Below are positions 22,099-33,621 of a stretch of DNA of 64,000 nt, in pieces; within the stretch, counting starts at the first letter, position 1, and each line of letters starts with the position of its first letter. The notes under the pieces were generated by a model. The model was not told the DNA's origin and ran no database searches. It was given only the letters and a program-made list of their open reading frames with translations. Position numbers and translations under genes: made by a program. The stretch spans positions 1,178,001 to 1,242,000 of the forward strand of contig JANHCV010000006.1 of NCBI GenBank assembly GCA_025594325.1. The letters run 5' to 3'. This stretch comes from Blastocladiella emersonii ATCC 22665. Its lineage: Eukaryota > Fungi > Blastocladiomycota.

Positions 22099-23202
22099 AT
22101 GGGCGCCATCGAGATCCCCGGCCTGCCGCTGTGGGCGACGGTCCTGCTCTCGGCCGCGTTCGCCGCGACCGTGTGCATCCTGGTCGCCTTTGCGATTGAG
22201 CGGTTCGGCGGCGTCGTGGGCGGGCTGCTCGGGAGCATGCCAACCAACATCATCCCGCCGGCGACGGGCATCTGGCTGCAGTTCAACATGGCGGGTAGCG
22301 GCCGCGACGGCGGGCCCGCGTACCTCACGGCGGCCGGCGTGCAGGAGTACCAACGCGCCATGGTGTCGGTCGTGTTCGGCATGCTGCTCAATGTGCCGTA
22401 CTTGTTGTTGTGGCGGGTAAGTTCGGCTGTTTGGTGTGTGCCTGGCGGGCGCTGACGCAGCGAGCGAGTGTAGCACCTCCCAGGCCTGCTCCAGTCGCGC
22501 TTCCCGTCGCTCTCGCTGCGGCAACTCCTCGCGGCCGTCGTCGCGATCGCCATCTCGGCATGGCTCGCCGCCGCCGTTGCGCTCGTCGCGATCCTGAACG
22601 CCGTGAACCCGCGGCCCGTGCTCGACAAGTCGGGCGGGCCATGGACGCCGGATCTGCCCGCGATCCCCTCCTCGCTCGCCTCCTCGTACACCGCGGCCCT
22701 GCTCGTGACCGGCTTCATGCTCGCCGTCGGCGGATGGGCCGGGTGGACCTCCCCGCCCGCGCCGCGCGGCAAATCGCGCGTCCCATTGACGACAATGCTC
22801 TTCCGCGGCGCTTTGGCCGCGACCGCCGTCGCGACGGCCGTCCTGCTGGGCCAGGTGTCGAGCTACGCGGCAGGGATCGCGGCACCGTTCCCGGCCATCT
22901 TCATGTCGACGCTGGTCGGCGTGTGGCTGACGAGCGGTGCGGCGGTGAGCGGCGGGGCGATCGCACCGCTGTTGCTGGGAGCGAGCAGTAACGCGTTGTT
23001 TGCGCTCGTGTCGGCCGCGGTTGTTGGGCGGGTCCCGTTCGCGGGCGTGGCCGCGGCGTCGTTTGCGTGTGGACTCGTTGGGGTGAGTGCGCCGAGCTTC
23101 TTCTTCCTCCGCTGGCGCGCGGGGAAGGCGGCAGAGGAGACCGCGGCGGCGACGGCCAAGCTGGTCAGCGACGAGGCGGCGGAGAGCGGCGACCAGGTGT
23201 AA
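22099..23202 (+). CDS. Multi-pass membrane protein, DUF3147-like tandem architecture, one intron
   Basis: Intron 22417-22473 (GTAAGT...TAG, branch GCTGAC) gives 348 aa, mostly hydrophobic. AIERFGGVVGGLLGSMPT in the first half is echoed by AGIAAPFPAIF in the second. The family call is by eye. Confidence 0.7.
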
Positions 23203-23237
23203 TGTCAAGTATGTATAGATAGGAACGCGTTTTTGGC

Positions 23238-24773
23238 TCATGTTGATGGAGATGTCGCTGCTGGTCCGAGGACGGGTGCTGGTGGCGCGGCCAGCATCAC
23301 GACGTCGCCATCGCCGTCGTCGCCGTCGTCTGGTGTTGGTCTTGGGAAGGCGGGCGTTGTCGCGGACTTGCGAATGACGGGCGAGATGATGGTGCGGCAC
23401 GTTGCCAGGCGATCTTCGAGGCTCTAACCGAACGGGGGGAGAATGACATGAGTGATGTGAGCGTGCAAATTCGGATCTTTTCGAGACACACATGGCGGAT
23501 GAGGGGTGAGGGGACAAAAGCAGGGGAGCGAGCGGGTCGGACGCGGCCGAGCGGGGAATCGAGAGGGGAGGGAAACGGGTAGAGAGCGGGCAGCGCGCAC
23601 GCGTGACGCTCAGGCAGCGACGTGGGTGCGGCGTAGCCGGCGGCGAGTGCGGAACACCGAGTGGAAGCGCACCTTGACGCGCGTCATCATCTGGCGGACC
23701 AGGGCCGACATGTCGCTCGACTTCATTTCGGAGATGGGCGGCGGCGGTGGTCCCGGTGCGCCGCCCGGTGTGGCGGGGTTGCACCGCGCATCGTGCGTGG
23801 GCCAGTCGGACGACACGGTGGACAGCGCGGCGCCCGAGTCGGCGATCGAGGGCGGCGGCAGCGGCAGGGATGGCGTCGAGACCGACCCCGCGCGGCGCGG
23901 CACGGGGCTCGGCGTGTTGAGGATGCCCGGTGCCGACGCCATGGGTGTTGGTGGTGGCAGTGCGAGAGCGGCGGCGGGTGTGGAAGGGGTGAAAGCGTGC
24001 GCGGGAGGAGGAAGCGACGGGTCGTCGGCCTCGGCCATGACGACGTCGTTGTTGTCGTCGGAGCCGTCGGGCGAGGATGGGAGCGGGACGGCCTCGGCCT
24101 CGGCCATCTCGACGGAGACGGGGGCGAGGCACGGGTCGGGGAGCGCGGCGAACACGGTGCGCGACGGCGAGCGCGAGCGGGACGAGGCGCGGGACGCGGA
24201 CGAGCGGGGCGACGGCGGCATCATGCCGGAGCGCATGTGGTGGTCCTGGATGCGCTCGCGGACCTCGAGTTCCGTGTGCAGGTCGCGCAGCTCGTCGCGC
24301 AGGCGCTGCGCGTCGGCGTCGAGCGCGGCCTTGCCCTCGAGCTCGAGTTCGAGCGCGGCGTTGGTCTCGAGGGCGCGGTTGTACCGCGCCTCGTAGTCGC
24401 TCGCGGCGCACTCGGCCTCGCGGCGGCGGCGCGCGAGCTCGTCGTTCTCGTACTCGAGCTCGACGGTGCGCGAGCGCAGGGCGGCGATCTCGGCGGTCGC
24501 CGCGGCGAGCTCGGCCTGGGCCTTCTCGAGGGCGTCGTTGACGACGGCCAGGTTCGACTGCGCGCGCGCCTGCGACTCGCCGAGATCGTGCTGCAGCCGC
24601 GCGGCGCGCGACTTGAGCGTCCCGTTCTCGGCCGCCAGCCGCTCAATCTCGCGCTCCAGCTCGGCCTCGAGCTCCTTGGAGTCGATCTGGAACTCGAGCA
24701 GCTCGTCCTCCTTCTCGTTCAGCTGCCGCTCGAGCTCCTCGACGCGCGCGCGCAGCTCGTCGGCCTCGTCCAT
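23238..24773 (-). CDS. nudE: Nuclear distribution protein NudE/NDEL1 (dynein regulator), one intron
   Basis: ELLEFQIDSKELEAELE N-terminal coiled coil and YNRALETNAALELEL. A 249-nt intron (23424-23672) joins QMMTRVK to SLEDRLATCR (NUDE C-terminal motif). Confidence 0.9.
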
Positions 24774-25215
24774 GGCTCGGAGGTGGTGGTGATGATGATG
24801 CGCGCGGTGATGCGGTGGGGCGGTCGCCGGGTCACGGCAGCACGGTGGTCGATGCGTAGCAGTGGGCGAGGGATGATGACGGCGATGCGTGTCGATGCGT
24901 TGCAGCAAGTGGGGTACGCGGCGGGGCAGCAGCCGACGATCCGCCTCCCTCTGCTGGCGTTCCCGTTCGGAGAGTTGGGGCGGGAGGGCGCGGGCGGACG
25001 GCAGCAGCGGGCGGCGGCGGCGACGGTGGCGACGGTGGCGGTGCCTGGGAGATGCGTGCAAAGAGGTGCCACGCCGCAGAGAAAAGATCCAAGGTGCACG
25101 CGCGCTGCCTGCCACGTGCGTCGGGCCCCTGTGCGCCACTTTCCGCGCGGCTCGTCTGTCATCCGCCGCTGCTCTCCAGCTTGCACATGGCGCATACGCT
25201 GAGGCAACGGATACA

Positions 25216-27318
25216 ATGGATCAAATGGATCAACTACATGCATCGCGCTTGCTCCTGCCGCTCGACGTCCTCGACCGCATCGCCCCCTTCGTCCCGCGGA
25301 CGCGGCAGCACGGCCCGCTCGGCTCGTTTGACGCGCCCCGGCTCTCGCCCGGATCACGGCGCGCCTTGATCGAGCTTGGACTCGTGTCCCGCGAAGTGTG
25401 GAGACGCGTGAGCCCGCTCGTGTCGGCCTGCGCCTCGACCGCCGACCGCCCGTTGGACGCTATCACGCCAGCGTCCATTGCGAACCTGTCGTTCATTGCT
25501 CCGGTCCAGATGAATTTTGTCCGCACCCTGTCCCTGTGGTTCCCGCGGCTCTCGGCTTGGCCGAAAGAGCTCGGGATGTCGACCCAACTCGGCGACACAC
25601 TTCTCGCGCAGACTCTGAGCAACGCCCCGTATCTCGCGTCGCTTACGCTTGGCATCGGCATGTGGTGGACCGAAGCCGGTCTCGTCGCCGCTCTCAATGC
25701 TGCTCCGTGCCGTACTGGACTCCTGGAGCTCGTCATCGTTCAGCGCCAGTCCCTCAACGTGCCCTCGCTCGCGCTTGATATCGAGCTCCCGCGACTCCAA
25801 AGACTCGTCATTGACTTGCACGTCGACCCTCTGCATCCCATGATTCTGCTGGCGCTTCCCGTCGCACGCGCACTCCGGTCCCTCGAAATCGCATGCATCG
25901 AGATCCCCGAGTCCGTTCTGTACCACATTCAGGATTGCTACACACGGATACAGCGGTTGCATCTCACCAAGATTGACGGGAACGCTAAGATCGTCAACCG
26001 CTTTGTTTTCGACTGGAATCCGAGCGAGTTAAAGGAGTTCTCCTTTGATTTCATCTACATTCTCGGGCTTTTCACAAAGCGCCCCCGTCTTGACTCGCTC
26101 CGGTCGTTGCGAATCCTGCCGCTGCGCGGCATGCGGCGCGGTGGTAGCGATTTGGACGTGCACGCCCTTGCCGCACTTGACCGGTTCCTTGACGCGCGGT
26201 CCCTGCCCTTGCTAGATTCGCTCTACCTCGAGGAGCTACTTGTATCCCCCAATCGACTGCAAAGGATCGCCTCGCTTCCAAGACTCACATCGCTCACCAT
26301 GACACCAAGATGTTCGCTCGATCGCGCCTTCCTGACCGACGACACGGGCTATTTGGAGTTTCCCTCTCTCCGCGAACTCAATATCCCCTCCGACCTCGCG
26401 CGGCTCGCGTTCCGCAACATCGACGTGAGCCAGATTGACTCGATCACCATCGCTGACGGTGGTGGGCGGCTGCGCGCTCTTGAGCCCATTCGATTCCATC
26501 CATCGATGGAGGGGTTCCAGCCTGCTATCAGCCACCTGGATCTCAGCCGCTCGAGCGTCTCGCTTAGCGAACTCGATGCGCTTGGATCCGTGCGCTCGTT
26601 GGTGGTCGACCACGAGCACCTTACTGCCCTTCAAAGTCTTTCTCAGCCGTTGCCCTGGCTCGCAATGGTGAACACACTCCGTATCGTCTCAGCGAGCTCG
26701 CGGCTTGCATTGTCACACATCTGGCCGGCGTTTAGTCCGCGTAGTCTGACTCTCGCACCCCGTCCACTGGAAGCGCGATGCGACCGCGACGGATTGCTTG
26801 ACGGGCATGACCGCCCCACTGTCTGTCTTGCTCATCCCAAGCTGGCGATCCATCAGCTCACCGCGCTTCCCAAGCTTACGCGGCTCTCGGTCCACTTTGC
26901 GTCGATGCGTGTCCAGCTGAACTCGGCGCTTGTTCTCGACTGGCACTCGCCGGCGAGCGCGCGAATTTGGACAGAGCTTGCGACAAAGCTTGTTGTCGAA
27001 CAAGCAACTGCTGACTCGCTCTCGATCATCATTCGAGTCGCGCAAACGGGCCCTGCGCTGTCCGCGACCGCGGTAACTGACCTGATCCGCGCGCTGACCA
27101 GCCGCTCTACGGCGGCAAAAATCGTGTTTTGGATCGCGCACGGGTCGCTCGCGCCGCTCAATTCAGAGAAGACGCTGAACGAGCTCTCAGCCAAAGTTTT
27201 GCAGCGAACAGAGACACTTCAGCGCGATCCCGTCTCGCGTTCCGATCTTGACCAAGTGATTGCCGCCCTTGGAGCATTGCCCGCGCTCACGGTTGCTGTT
27301 GTGTCAGATCTAGTGTAG
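25216..27318 (+). CDS. F-box-like / leucine-rich-repeat protein, single exon
   Basis: N-terminal LLLPLDVLDRIAPFV (F-box-like) followed by LxxLxxLxL repeats (LPRLQRLVI, LRSLEI, LPRLTSLTM, LRELNI, ISHLDLS). Codon usage is more relaxed than in neighbouring genes. Confidence 0.7.
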   Translation: MDQMDQLHASRLLLPLDVLDRIAPFVPRTRQHGPLGSFDAPRLSPGSRRALIELGLVSREVWRRVSPLVSACASTADRPLDAITPASIANLSFIAPVQMNFVRTLSLWFPRLSAWPKELGMSTQLGDTLLAQTLSNAPYLASLTLGIGMWWTEAGLVAALNAAPCRTGLLELVIVQRQSLNVPSLALDIELPRLQRLVIDLHVDPLHPMILLALPVARALRSLEIACIEIPESVLYHIQDCYTRIQRLHLTKIDGNAKIVNRFVFDWNPSELKEFSFDFIYILGLFTKRPRLDSLRSLRILPLRGMRRGGSDLDVHALAALDRFLDARSLPLLDSLYLEELLVSPNRLQRIASLPRLTSLTMTPRCSLDRAFLTDDTGYLEFPSLRELNIPSDLARLAFRNIDVSQIDSITIADGGGRLRALEPIRFHPSMEGFQPAISHLDLSRSSVSLSELDALGSVRSLVVDHEHLTALQSLSQPLPWLAMVNTLRIVSASSRLALSHIWPAFSPRSLTLAPRPLEARCDRDGLLDGHDRPTVCLAHPKLAIHQLTALPKLTRLSVHFASMRVQLNSALVLDWHSPASARIWTELATKLVVEQATADSLSIIIRVAQTGPALSATAVTDLIRALTSRSTAAKIVFWIAHGSLAPLNSEKTLNELSAKVLQRTETLQRDPVSRSDLDQVIAALGALPALTVAVVSDLV

Positions 27319-30009
27319 TGACAAGCTCTCGCGTTTGGAAATATGGATCTCGGATACATTTTCTCCCTCAAACTCGGCCGGCGTGCGTTTCTTGCTGGGA
27401 AGAGCTGTAGGGGTGAACGCCAAATCGACGCGACGCGACGCGTTGCGCCACTCGACACCCCACTGGTCTTTGTGGTGCCGCACCCATTCGAAAATGATGG
27501 TGTCAACTTGTCAAGGCTCAGTGCTTTTTCTCAGCTGTAGCTTTAGCGAAGCTGAGTTTCTGTTTGAGCAATTGAAACCTATCAGAGACATCAACCTTCA
27601 CGTGAACCAACTTCGTCTGCAGTTCTGGCCCCCCGACCCCAACTCTCTTGGTCTAGCTCTCATTCCAAGTCCCCGACTCCCCGCATTGGCCTCAGCTCTG
27701 TGTAATAAAAATTCTGACACTGCTTTTTGACGAGGCGACCTACTTGAAAGTCTTCAAATGTGCGTCAACCTGGAGTGACAGTGGAGCGGTCGGTCGGTGC
27801 TGTCTCCCACTGCTGCGCCACCCGCTGAGCCACCCGCTGAGCCACCGCTCTCCGACCCCGCCTGCAGCTCCGTCGCCAACCGTTACGACCGCTTTCGAAC
27901 AACAATCACCGCAGCATCAAGGTCGCGCAAAGATCATTTTGAAACACCCGGCGCAAAATATAGGTCCTCTATTTCCGCTGATTCCCTTAACTGTCTTTAA
28001 TCTGGCCGCCCGAACTTCCGCGCTTCGATCCGCCTTTGTCTTTCTCTTTAGGCGCAAAAAAAGTCTAGAGTTCGTGAATCGCCTAGTTGCCGTGATAGTA
28101 CAAGGTCATGGATCTGGGTCATCGTTTGCAAGTAAATGATTTCATTGTTGGCGATGGGTAGCGTCTACATAGCGATTACTGAGGGGTAGCGATGACGTGA
28201 CGTACACATTGACTGGAGAAAGCTCAACATGCACGCAGCAAGGCGAGAACGGTGCGACGCGAGCCCAAAACATAGGTTTCAGGTGGCGAGAACGACCCCG
28301 AGGATCCACGACCACGACTGGATCACGCCAGCTAACCGAGTCTAGCCCGGCGATAAGGAAGAAGGCTCAGCAGCGTCAGGCGTGTACGCGCCCACTGCAT
28401 CATACTGAAAGTAGTCAGCCGCGCATCGTGGTCGACACCGCGTACCGCGTTGTGCGGGTCGACCTGCGCGACACAATTCTTTCTCGCTCCAACGCGTCGT
28501 TGACGAGGTTACGGGCGAGGCGCACATGCGCATCGTTGACGTGATCGACGTCAAGGACTGGCCCTGCGTCAAGATCCCCTTGGGCTCGATCCTGATCGCT
28601 GGTCAGACGTTGGCCGCGGGCGAAAGATCCTCACGGCGACGCTCGTTGCGTTCCGCTCAATAGCCATCGCCCAGAACGCGAGTCAGGGTGACGCCCATAC
28701 ACTGCGGCGCTTCACGACGTCGTCCAAATTATCCAAGTTTTTATTAACCTTCCCGCCCACTGCAACACACCGCGCTTGATCCGTCACGCGCCGATCAGCA
28801 ACCCAGCAACGGTCGCTGCCGCGGACCTGGCCTTGGCCTTCTCGTCAGTGGCTTCTTCACTCGCGAAGAGTGCCGCCGATGCAGCCTCGCACCAGTTCGG
28901 CGAGGTGGATCGCAAGCTTACGAACCGCAACACAGAAAGCACACGGCGGGAACAGGTGCGTGAGGTCGACTGGTTCATAGACTTCTTCTCATGGACCGGG
29001 ACCATGAGCAGGTGCTCGGGCGAATGTTCTCTCCAGCAAGGCTGCGGACGAACCGCGCTCAGGAACAAGGCGGCGTGGGCAGCCGCGACCCTTGCCACGA
29101 GGGCTTCTCCCGCTCCTCAACTTTGTTAACTCAGTTAACTTAACTGGCACGGACTTTCGGGCAGCCAGCGCGACATGATTGAGTCCAGCCTCAGTTCCGA
29201 CCATGAGCCACGGCTAGAGTGCGTGCTCAACCGAATAACGTGATTTTCTGCCGAGTGAGTTGTACCTGCGCTGCTGTTCTCATCATCAACACGTCAGACT
29301 AAAGCTACAGCTGAGACCCAAGTGTGTGCGCAGCACACACACCTAGTAGGAATATACCGTGAAATTGATCTTTATTGCGAGGTGCGGTCCAAAGACTGAT
29401 GCGGTTGGTATCGAACTAGTTGGACTCACCACGGGGCTCCAATCCATTACGCAGCGCCGGCGAGCGACACGAGATCCGCGTGGATGACCTCCTTGTTCAC
29501 GATACCAAGCTACGGCAAGCGGTAGCGCGGCGTTAGTGCAGGTCGTGGCGTTGTTCCATGGAGTGAGGAGCTTCGGGTCGCGAACCGCGTACGGCTTCGT
29601 GCTCAGGTGGTCGACCGCGAGCGCCACACACGGGCAGTGCTCTTGTAATAAGCCCCTGACTGTCTCACGCAGTGTCTCGCAATGCCACATCCGATACTTA
29701 AATGGGGAGGAGAGCGCCGACCGCTCTCGCGCTCGCTCAGACAGGTTTGCGTGGTTCATGCGGGCGGCGCCGCCGCAGCAGCTCAGGAGGCCTCGCCGCA
29801 GCACCTGCTGTTCGGAATGTGATCGCAGCAAGCTCCACGCGGCTCCGCGGACGCGTTGAGTTCCTTCTGGTGCAACTTGGGCCTCAGCTTTTAGCGACGA
29901 CGCGCTCGCACTGGAACGAAACTGTTTGTGGCCACTTCAGGAGCGTAAAAAGCTATATTTCAATACTAGAATCGACGCTGTTGGAACCCGAGACGGTTTT
30001 GACCCGAGC

Positions 30010-30651
30010 TCAGTTACGGCGGTTGAGCTTGATCTCGATGCCCGTAGAGTGGAGCAGGTTCTCGCTCGGCGTCGTGTCAGGGACACCGGCCAGCGCGGCC
30101 CTGTTGCCCGTGACGGTCCAGTCGTACCGGAGGAGGAGCATGGACAGTATGACGCGCTGCTCGATGATGGAAAACGACTGGCCGAGGCAGACGCGCTGGC
30201 CGCCGCCGAACGGCCCCCACTTGTAGTCGTGTGCGCTCGGGTTCATGGCCCTGACCTTGTCCTCGTTGGCGAGCCACCGCTCGGGCTTGAACTCGGCCGC
30301 GTCGTCACCCCAGTACTCCCGCGCCGTCTGCACCGCGTACACGTCAGATGCGACGATGCCGCCCTTGGGCAGGCGAAGGCCGTTTGACAGCATGACCGGC
30401 TCCATGAGCTCGCGCATCGGCATCGCGGGCACACTCGGGTACAGGCGCATGGTCTCCTTGATGATGGCCGTGACGTAAATCATCCGGGACTGCTCGTCGT
30501 TGGTCGGGAACGGGAACTCAGCGGTCGTCGTGCCCTTGTCCACGTCACCTATAATGTTGAGCATCTCGGCGCGCGCCTCGTGCTGGATCTCGGGGCGCAT
30601 GCCGAGCAGGTATTGCGCGAACGTGAGCGCGTTGACCGTCGTGTCGTGGCC
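30010..30651 (-). pseudogene. Cytochrome P450, 3' half only
   Basis: GHDTT (I-helix), ETMR (ExxR), PERW and the heme motif FGGGQRVCLG are all present. An in-frame TAG acceptor at 30652-30654 precedes them. No upstream P450 exon was found before the divergent WD40 gene. Confidence 0.8.
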
Positions 30652-30884
30652 CTATGCGCGCGCGCCAAGCATCGAAAAAACGTGCGTCCTCATCCGTCGG
30701 ACCACACTTGAACTCAAGCGGCGGGAGGCACGCGGCGGAGGTCGCCGGGAAGAACGCGCGTCGATCAGACGAACGTGAGCGACACGTCCCACGGCGCGGG
30801 ACGCGTTGCGCCACACGGAGCAAGGCAGGGATCCGCACTGCTTCGGACGCCTCTCCACCGTCTCTAACTGCATGCAACGACACC

Positions 30885-33515
30885 ATGGAATGCCTGCGCG
30901 TGCTCCAGGACCTCGAGGCCGCGGGGACCAAGCTGCGCACGCCGTTCCTCGACCACCTGTTCCGCGACTTCTCGCCGTCGCAGTCGGCCGCCGTGCACCA
31001 GGCGCTGCACGCGTTCCACACGCGCGACCGCACGGGCGAGGTGTTTGACTTCCGCGCCGCGTACCACCAGTTCGCCGACTGGCTGTTCGGGTGGAACGTG
31101 AGCGAGATCGCCGCGAGCGCCGCCGCGACGCCCGCGACCGCCGATGACGCGCCACGTCGGTTCACGGCAGCCTCGCGCGGGTTGGGCGATGGCGCGCTCG
31201 ACGACTCGAACCCGCTCATCAGCGATGGCGTCGGGCCCGACTCGACGTACTCGGTGCGCCGCGTCCCGCGCAACATCGACCTTCGTGAGGCGACCGAGCG
31301 CACCGAGTGCGCGCGCCTGCTCGAGACGTTCCAGACCCAGTACGCCATGGGCATGCGCCACCTGCGCCGCTCGAGTATCCTCATGGAGGAGCGGCTGCCG
31401 CTCATCGGCCGCAACATTGCCCAGCTCACGTTCGCGGACGACATGGCGGGCGAGCACGAGGACGAGCGCGCCGTGTGGGGGACCGGACCCAGCGACGGCG
31501 AAGCCCCGTCATCGGGCCCAATGGCTACTTCTGCCGCGAACCCGACCCGGCTCGTCAAGCCGCTCGCCGCGGGCGGCATGGCGTCGGCTGCTCCACCACC
31601 CGCGTTCGCCTCGGGCGTTGACATGGACCCGATCGACTCGAACATTGACGCAATCCTCAACTCGGTCAAGGAGACGCTCGAGGACCGCCCGCTCATGACG
31701 CCCGGTACCGACGGACTCGGTTCGTCGCTGATCGAGCCGGTGCAGCCGCGGCGCGGCGTCTCCCGCCGCAACTCGCTCGTCCATGGCAACGGCCCCGCGC
31801 CACCATCTCGCCGCGGCTCGATCCACGGTAAAGACGGTGCAGACGGCGCGCCTCACCCGCCCATGTCACGGCGCAACTCGGTCGCCAACGGCGGCAAGGC
31901 GCCGCTCCCGAACATCAACTCGTCGACCGCGTCGCCCACGAACCGGCGGGGTGGCGCTGCGAGCCGCGTGCCGACGCCCGGTAGCCGGCCCGAGACGCAG
32001 GGATCGCAGGGATCGCAGCACTCGTCTGCGCCCTCGTCCTCGGGCTCCAAGCCGACAACGGCGCCTGATGCTCCCGCCGAAGCCGCCGTCGACCGCGTCA
32101 TCTCGCCGCCGGGCAGCGCCGGCTCGACGCGCCTGGTCGCGCCCGTGCAGCTCACCGAGGCCGAGATTCTGCGGCAAGACCTGGACGCCGTGTTCCTCGA
32201 CGTGTCCATGACGCTCGACCTGCACATTGCGTGCGCCGTGTCGTGCGTCGTGGTGCTCGCGTTCGCCGAGCTCGTCAACGACCGCGCGCTCTACTCCAAG
32301 TTCCTCGCCGCGACGCACGCGCTCGGCGTGCAGCTCGTGTCGACGCCGCTCCGCGTCGTGTGGGACCTGACGCGGCGCGCGGCTGCTGCTGCGGGTAACG
32401 TGCCCGCGCCCCTCGCGGCGCAGCTGTGCGACCTATCGGCGTTCAAGGCCGTCATGACGGCGATCCTCAAGACGCGCGCGTACAAGCCGGGCGACCGGCA
32501 CTTTCTCGCCATGTCGCGGCTGCACGCCAAGCTTGCGGTGCTGCACCACCTGCTCGTCGGCGTCGACATGTTCCTGTTCCCGCCGCTCGTCGCCGCGCAC
32601 GTCGGCACGCTGCTCGGCGCGTCGGGCGTGGTTCTGGGGGTCGGGATGTCGGGCGTCAAGGCGCTGCGGCCGACGGCCTTCGACGGGAACATCTGGGTCA
32701 CGGGCGGGTACGACTGCAAGGTGCGGATCTGGGACCTGGCCGAGGCGACGTGCCTCGCGCAGTTCACGGGCCACAAGTCGATCGTCACGGACGTGCACTT
32801 CGTCAAGGCCGACGCGTACATTGTCAGCGCGAGCTTCGACAAGACCATCAAGGTGTGGAACGCGCAAACGGCGGCGTGCGAGCGCACGCTGCTCGGGCAC
32901 GCCGACAGCGTCACGACGTGCGACGTGTCGCCCGACGGCCGGTACATTCTGTCGGGCAGCCTCGACGCGACGCTGCGGCTGTGGGAGTTTGCGTCGGGCG
33001 ACTGCCTCGCGACGGTCAAGAAGCACACGCGGTACGTCAAGGCGGTCAAGTTCTCGCCCGACGGCCGGTACGCGGCGAGCGCGGGGCTCGACCGCCGCGT
33101 GTACATCTGGGACGTCAAGATCCTCGCCTACTCCAAGTCGATCACGCACGTCCGGTGCATCGAGGCCCACGACGACTACGTGCTGGCGCTCGACCTCGCG
33201 CGGCCGTCGCTGCTCGTCACGGTCGCCCGCGACATGACCGTCAAGCTGTGGGACTACATGACCGGCCACTGCATGTACGCCGTAACGCTGTCGCCCGCGT
33301 GGGCGTGCACGGTCGCGTTTGGCGCGGACGCCGAGCTGTTCGCGGTCGGGTGCTTTGACAACTCGGTCCACGTCTTCCGCACCAAGTCGGGCGAGCGCGT
33401 GCGCGTTCTCAAGGTCCTCAACGCCGGCGTGCTCGCGGTCCGGTTCCCGAAGCGCGGGTACGACGCGGTCATGTGCGGCACGTCCGAGGGGTTTGTCCAG
33501 AAGCTGGTTTTGTAA
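30885..33515 (+). CDS. WD40-repeat protein (C-terminal ~7-bladed propeller)
   Basis: TGGYDCKVRIWD, FTGHKSIVTDV, SASFDKTIKVWN, LLGHADSV, SGSLDATLRLWE, SAGLDRRVYIWD, DMTVKLWD. Strong start context caccATGg at 30885. Confidence 0.85.
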   Translation: MECLRVLQDLEAAGTKLRTPFLDHLFRDFSPSQSAAVHQALHAFHTRDRTGEVFDFRAAYHQFADWLFGWNVSEIAASAAATPATADDAPRRFTAASRGLGDGALDDSNPLISDGVGPDSTYSVRRVPRNIDLREATERTECARLLETFQTQYAMGMRHLRRSSILMEERLPLIGRNIAQLTFADDMAGEHEDERAVWGTGPSDGEAPSSGPMATSAANPTRLVKPLAAGGMASAAPPPAFASGVDMDPIDSNIDAILNSVKETLEDRPLMTPGTDGLGSSLIEPVQPRRGVSRRNSLVHGNGPAPPSRRGSIHGKDGADGAPHPPMSRRNSVANGGKAPLPNINSSTASPTNRRGGAASRVPTPGSRPETQGSQGSQHSSAPSSSGSKPTTAPDAPAEAAVDRVISPPGSAGSTRLVAPVQLTEAEILRQDLDAVFLDVSMTLDLHIACAVSCVVVLAFAELVNDRALYSKFLAATHALGVQLVSTPLRVVWDLTRRAAAAAGNVPAPLAAQLCDLSAFKAVMTAILKTRAYKPGDRHFLAMSRLHAKLAVLHHLLVGVDMFLFPPLVAAHVGTLLGASGVVLGVGMSGVKALRPTAFDGNIWVTGGYDCKVRIWDLAEATCLAQFTGHKSIVTDVHFVKADAYIVSASFDKTIKVWNAQTAACERTLLGHADSVTTCDVSPDGRYILSGSLDATLRLWEFASGDCLATVKKHTRYVKAVKFSPDGRYAASAGLDRRVYIWDVKILAYSKSITHVRCIEAHDDYVLALDLARPSLLVTVARDMTVKLWDYMTGHCMYAVTLSPAWACTVAFGADAELFAVGCFDNSVHVFRTKSGERVRVLKVLNAGVLAVRFPKRGYDAVMCGTSEGFVQKLVL

Positions 33516-33621
33516 CACGATATATCAGAAAGTTATACGTGTGCATGTGGTTCACTGAAGGCGCCATCACGCCTGTATCCGTCGGATCAGACGCGTATAT
33601 CAAACGTCATGCCGTGCTACA

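Noticed and set aside
28776-29900. Short ORFs 28784-29098 and 29343-29831 as genes
   Set aside because: Weak codon bias, no motifs and no convincing splice structure; left unassigned.
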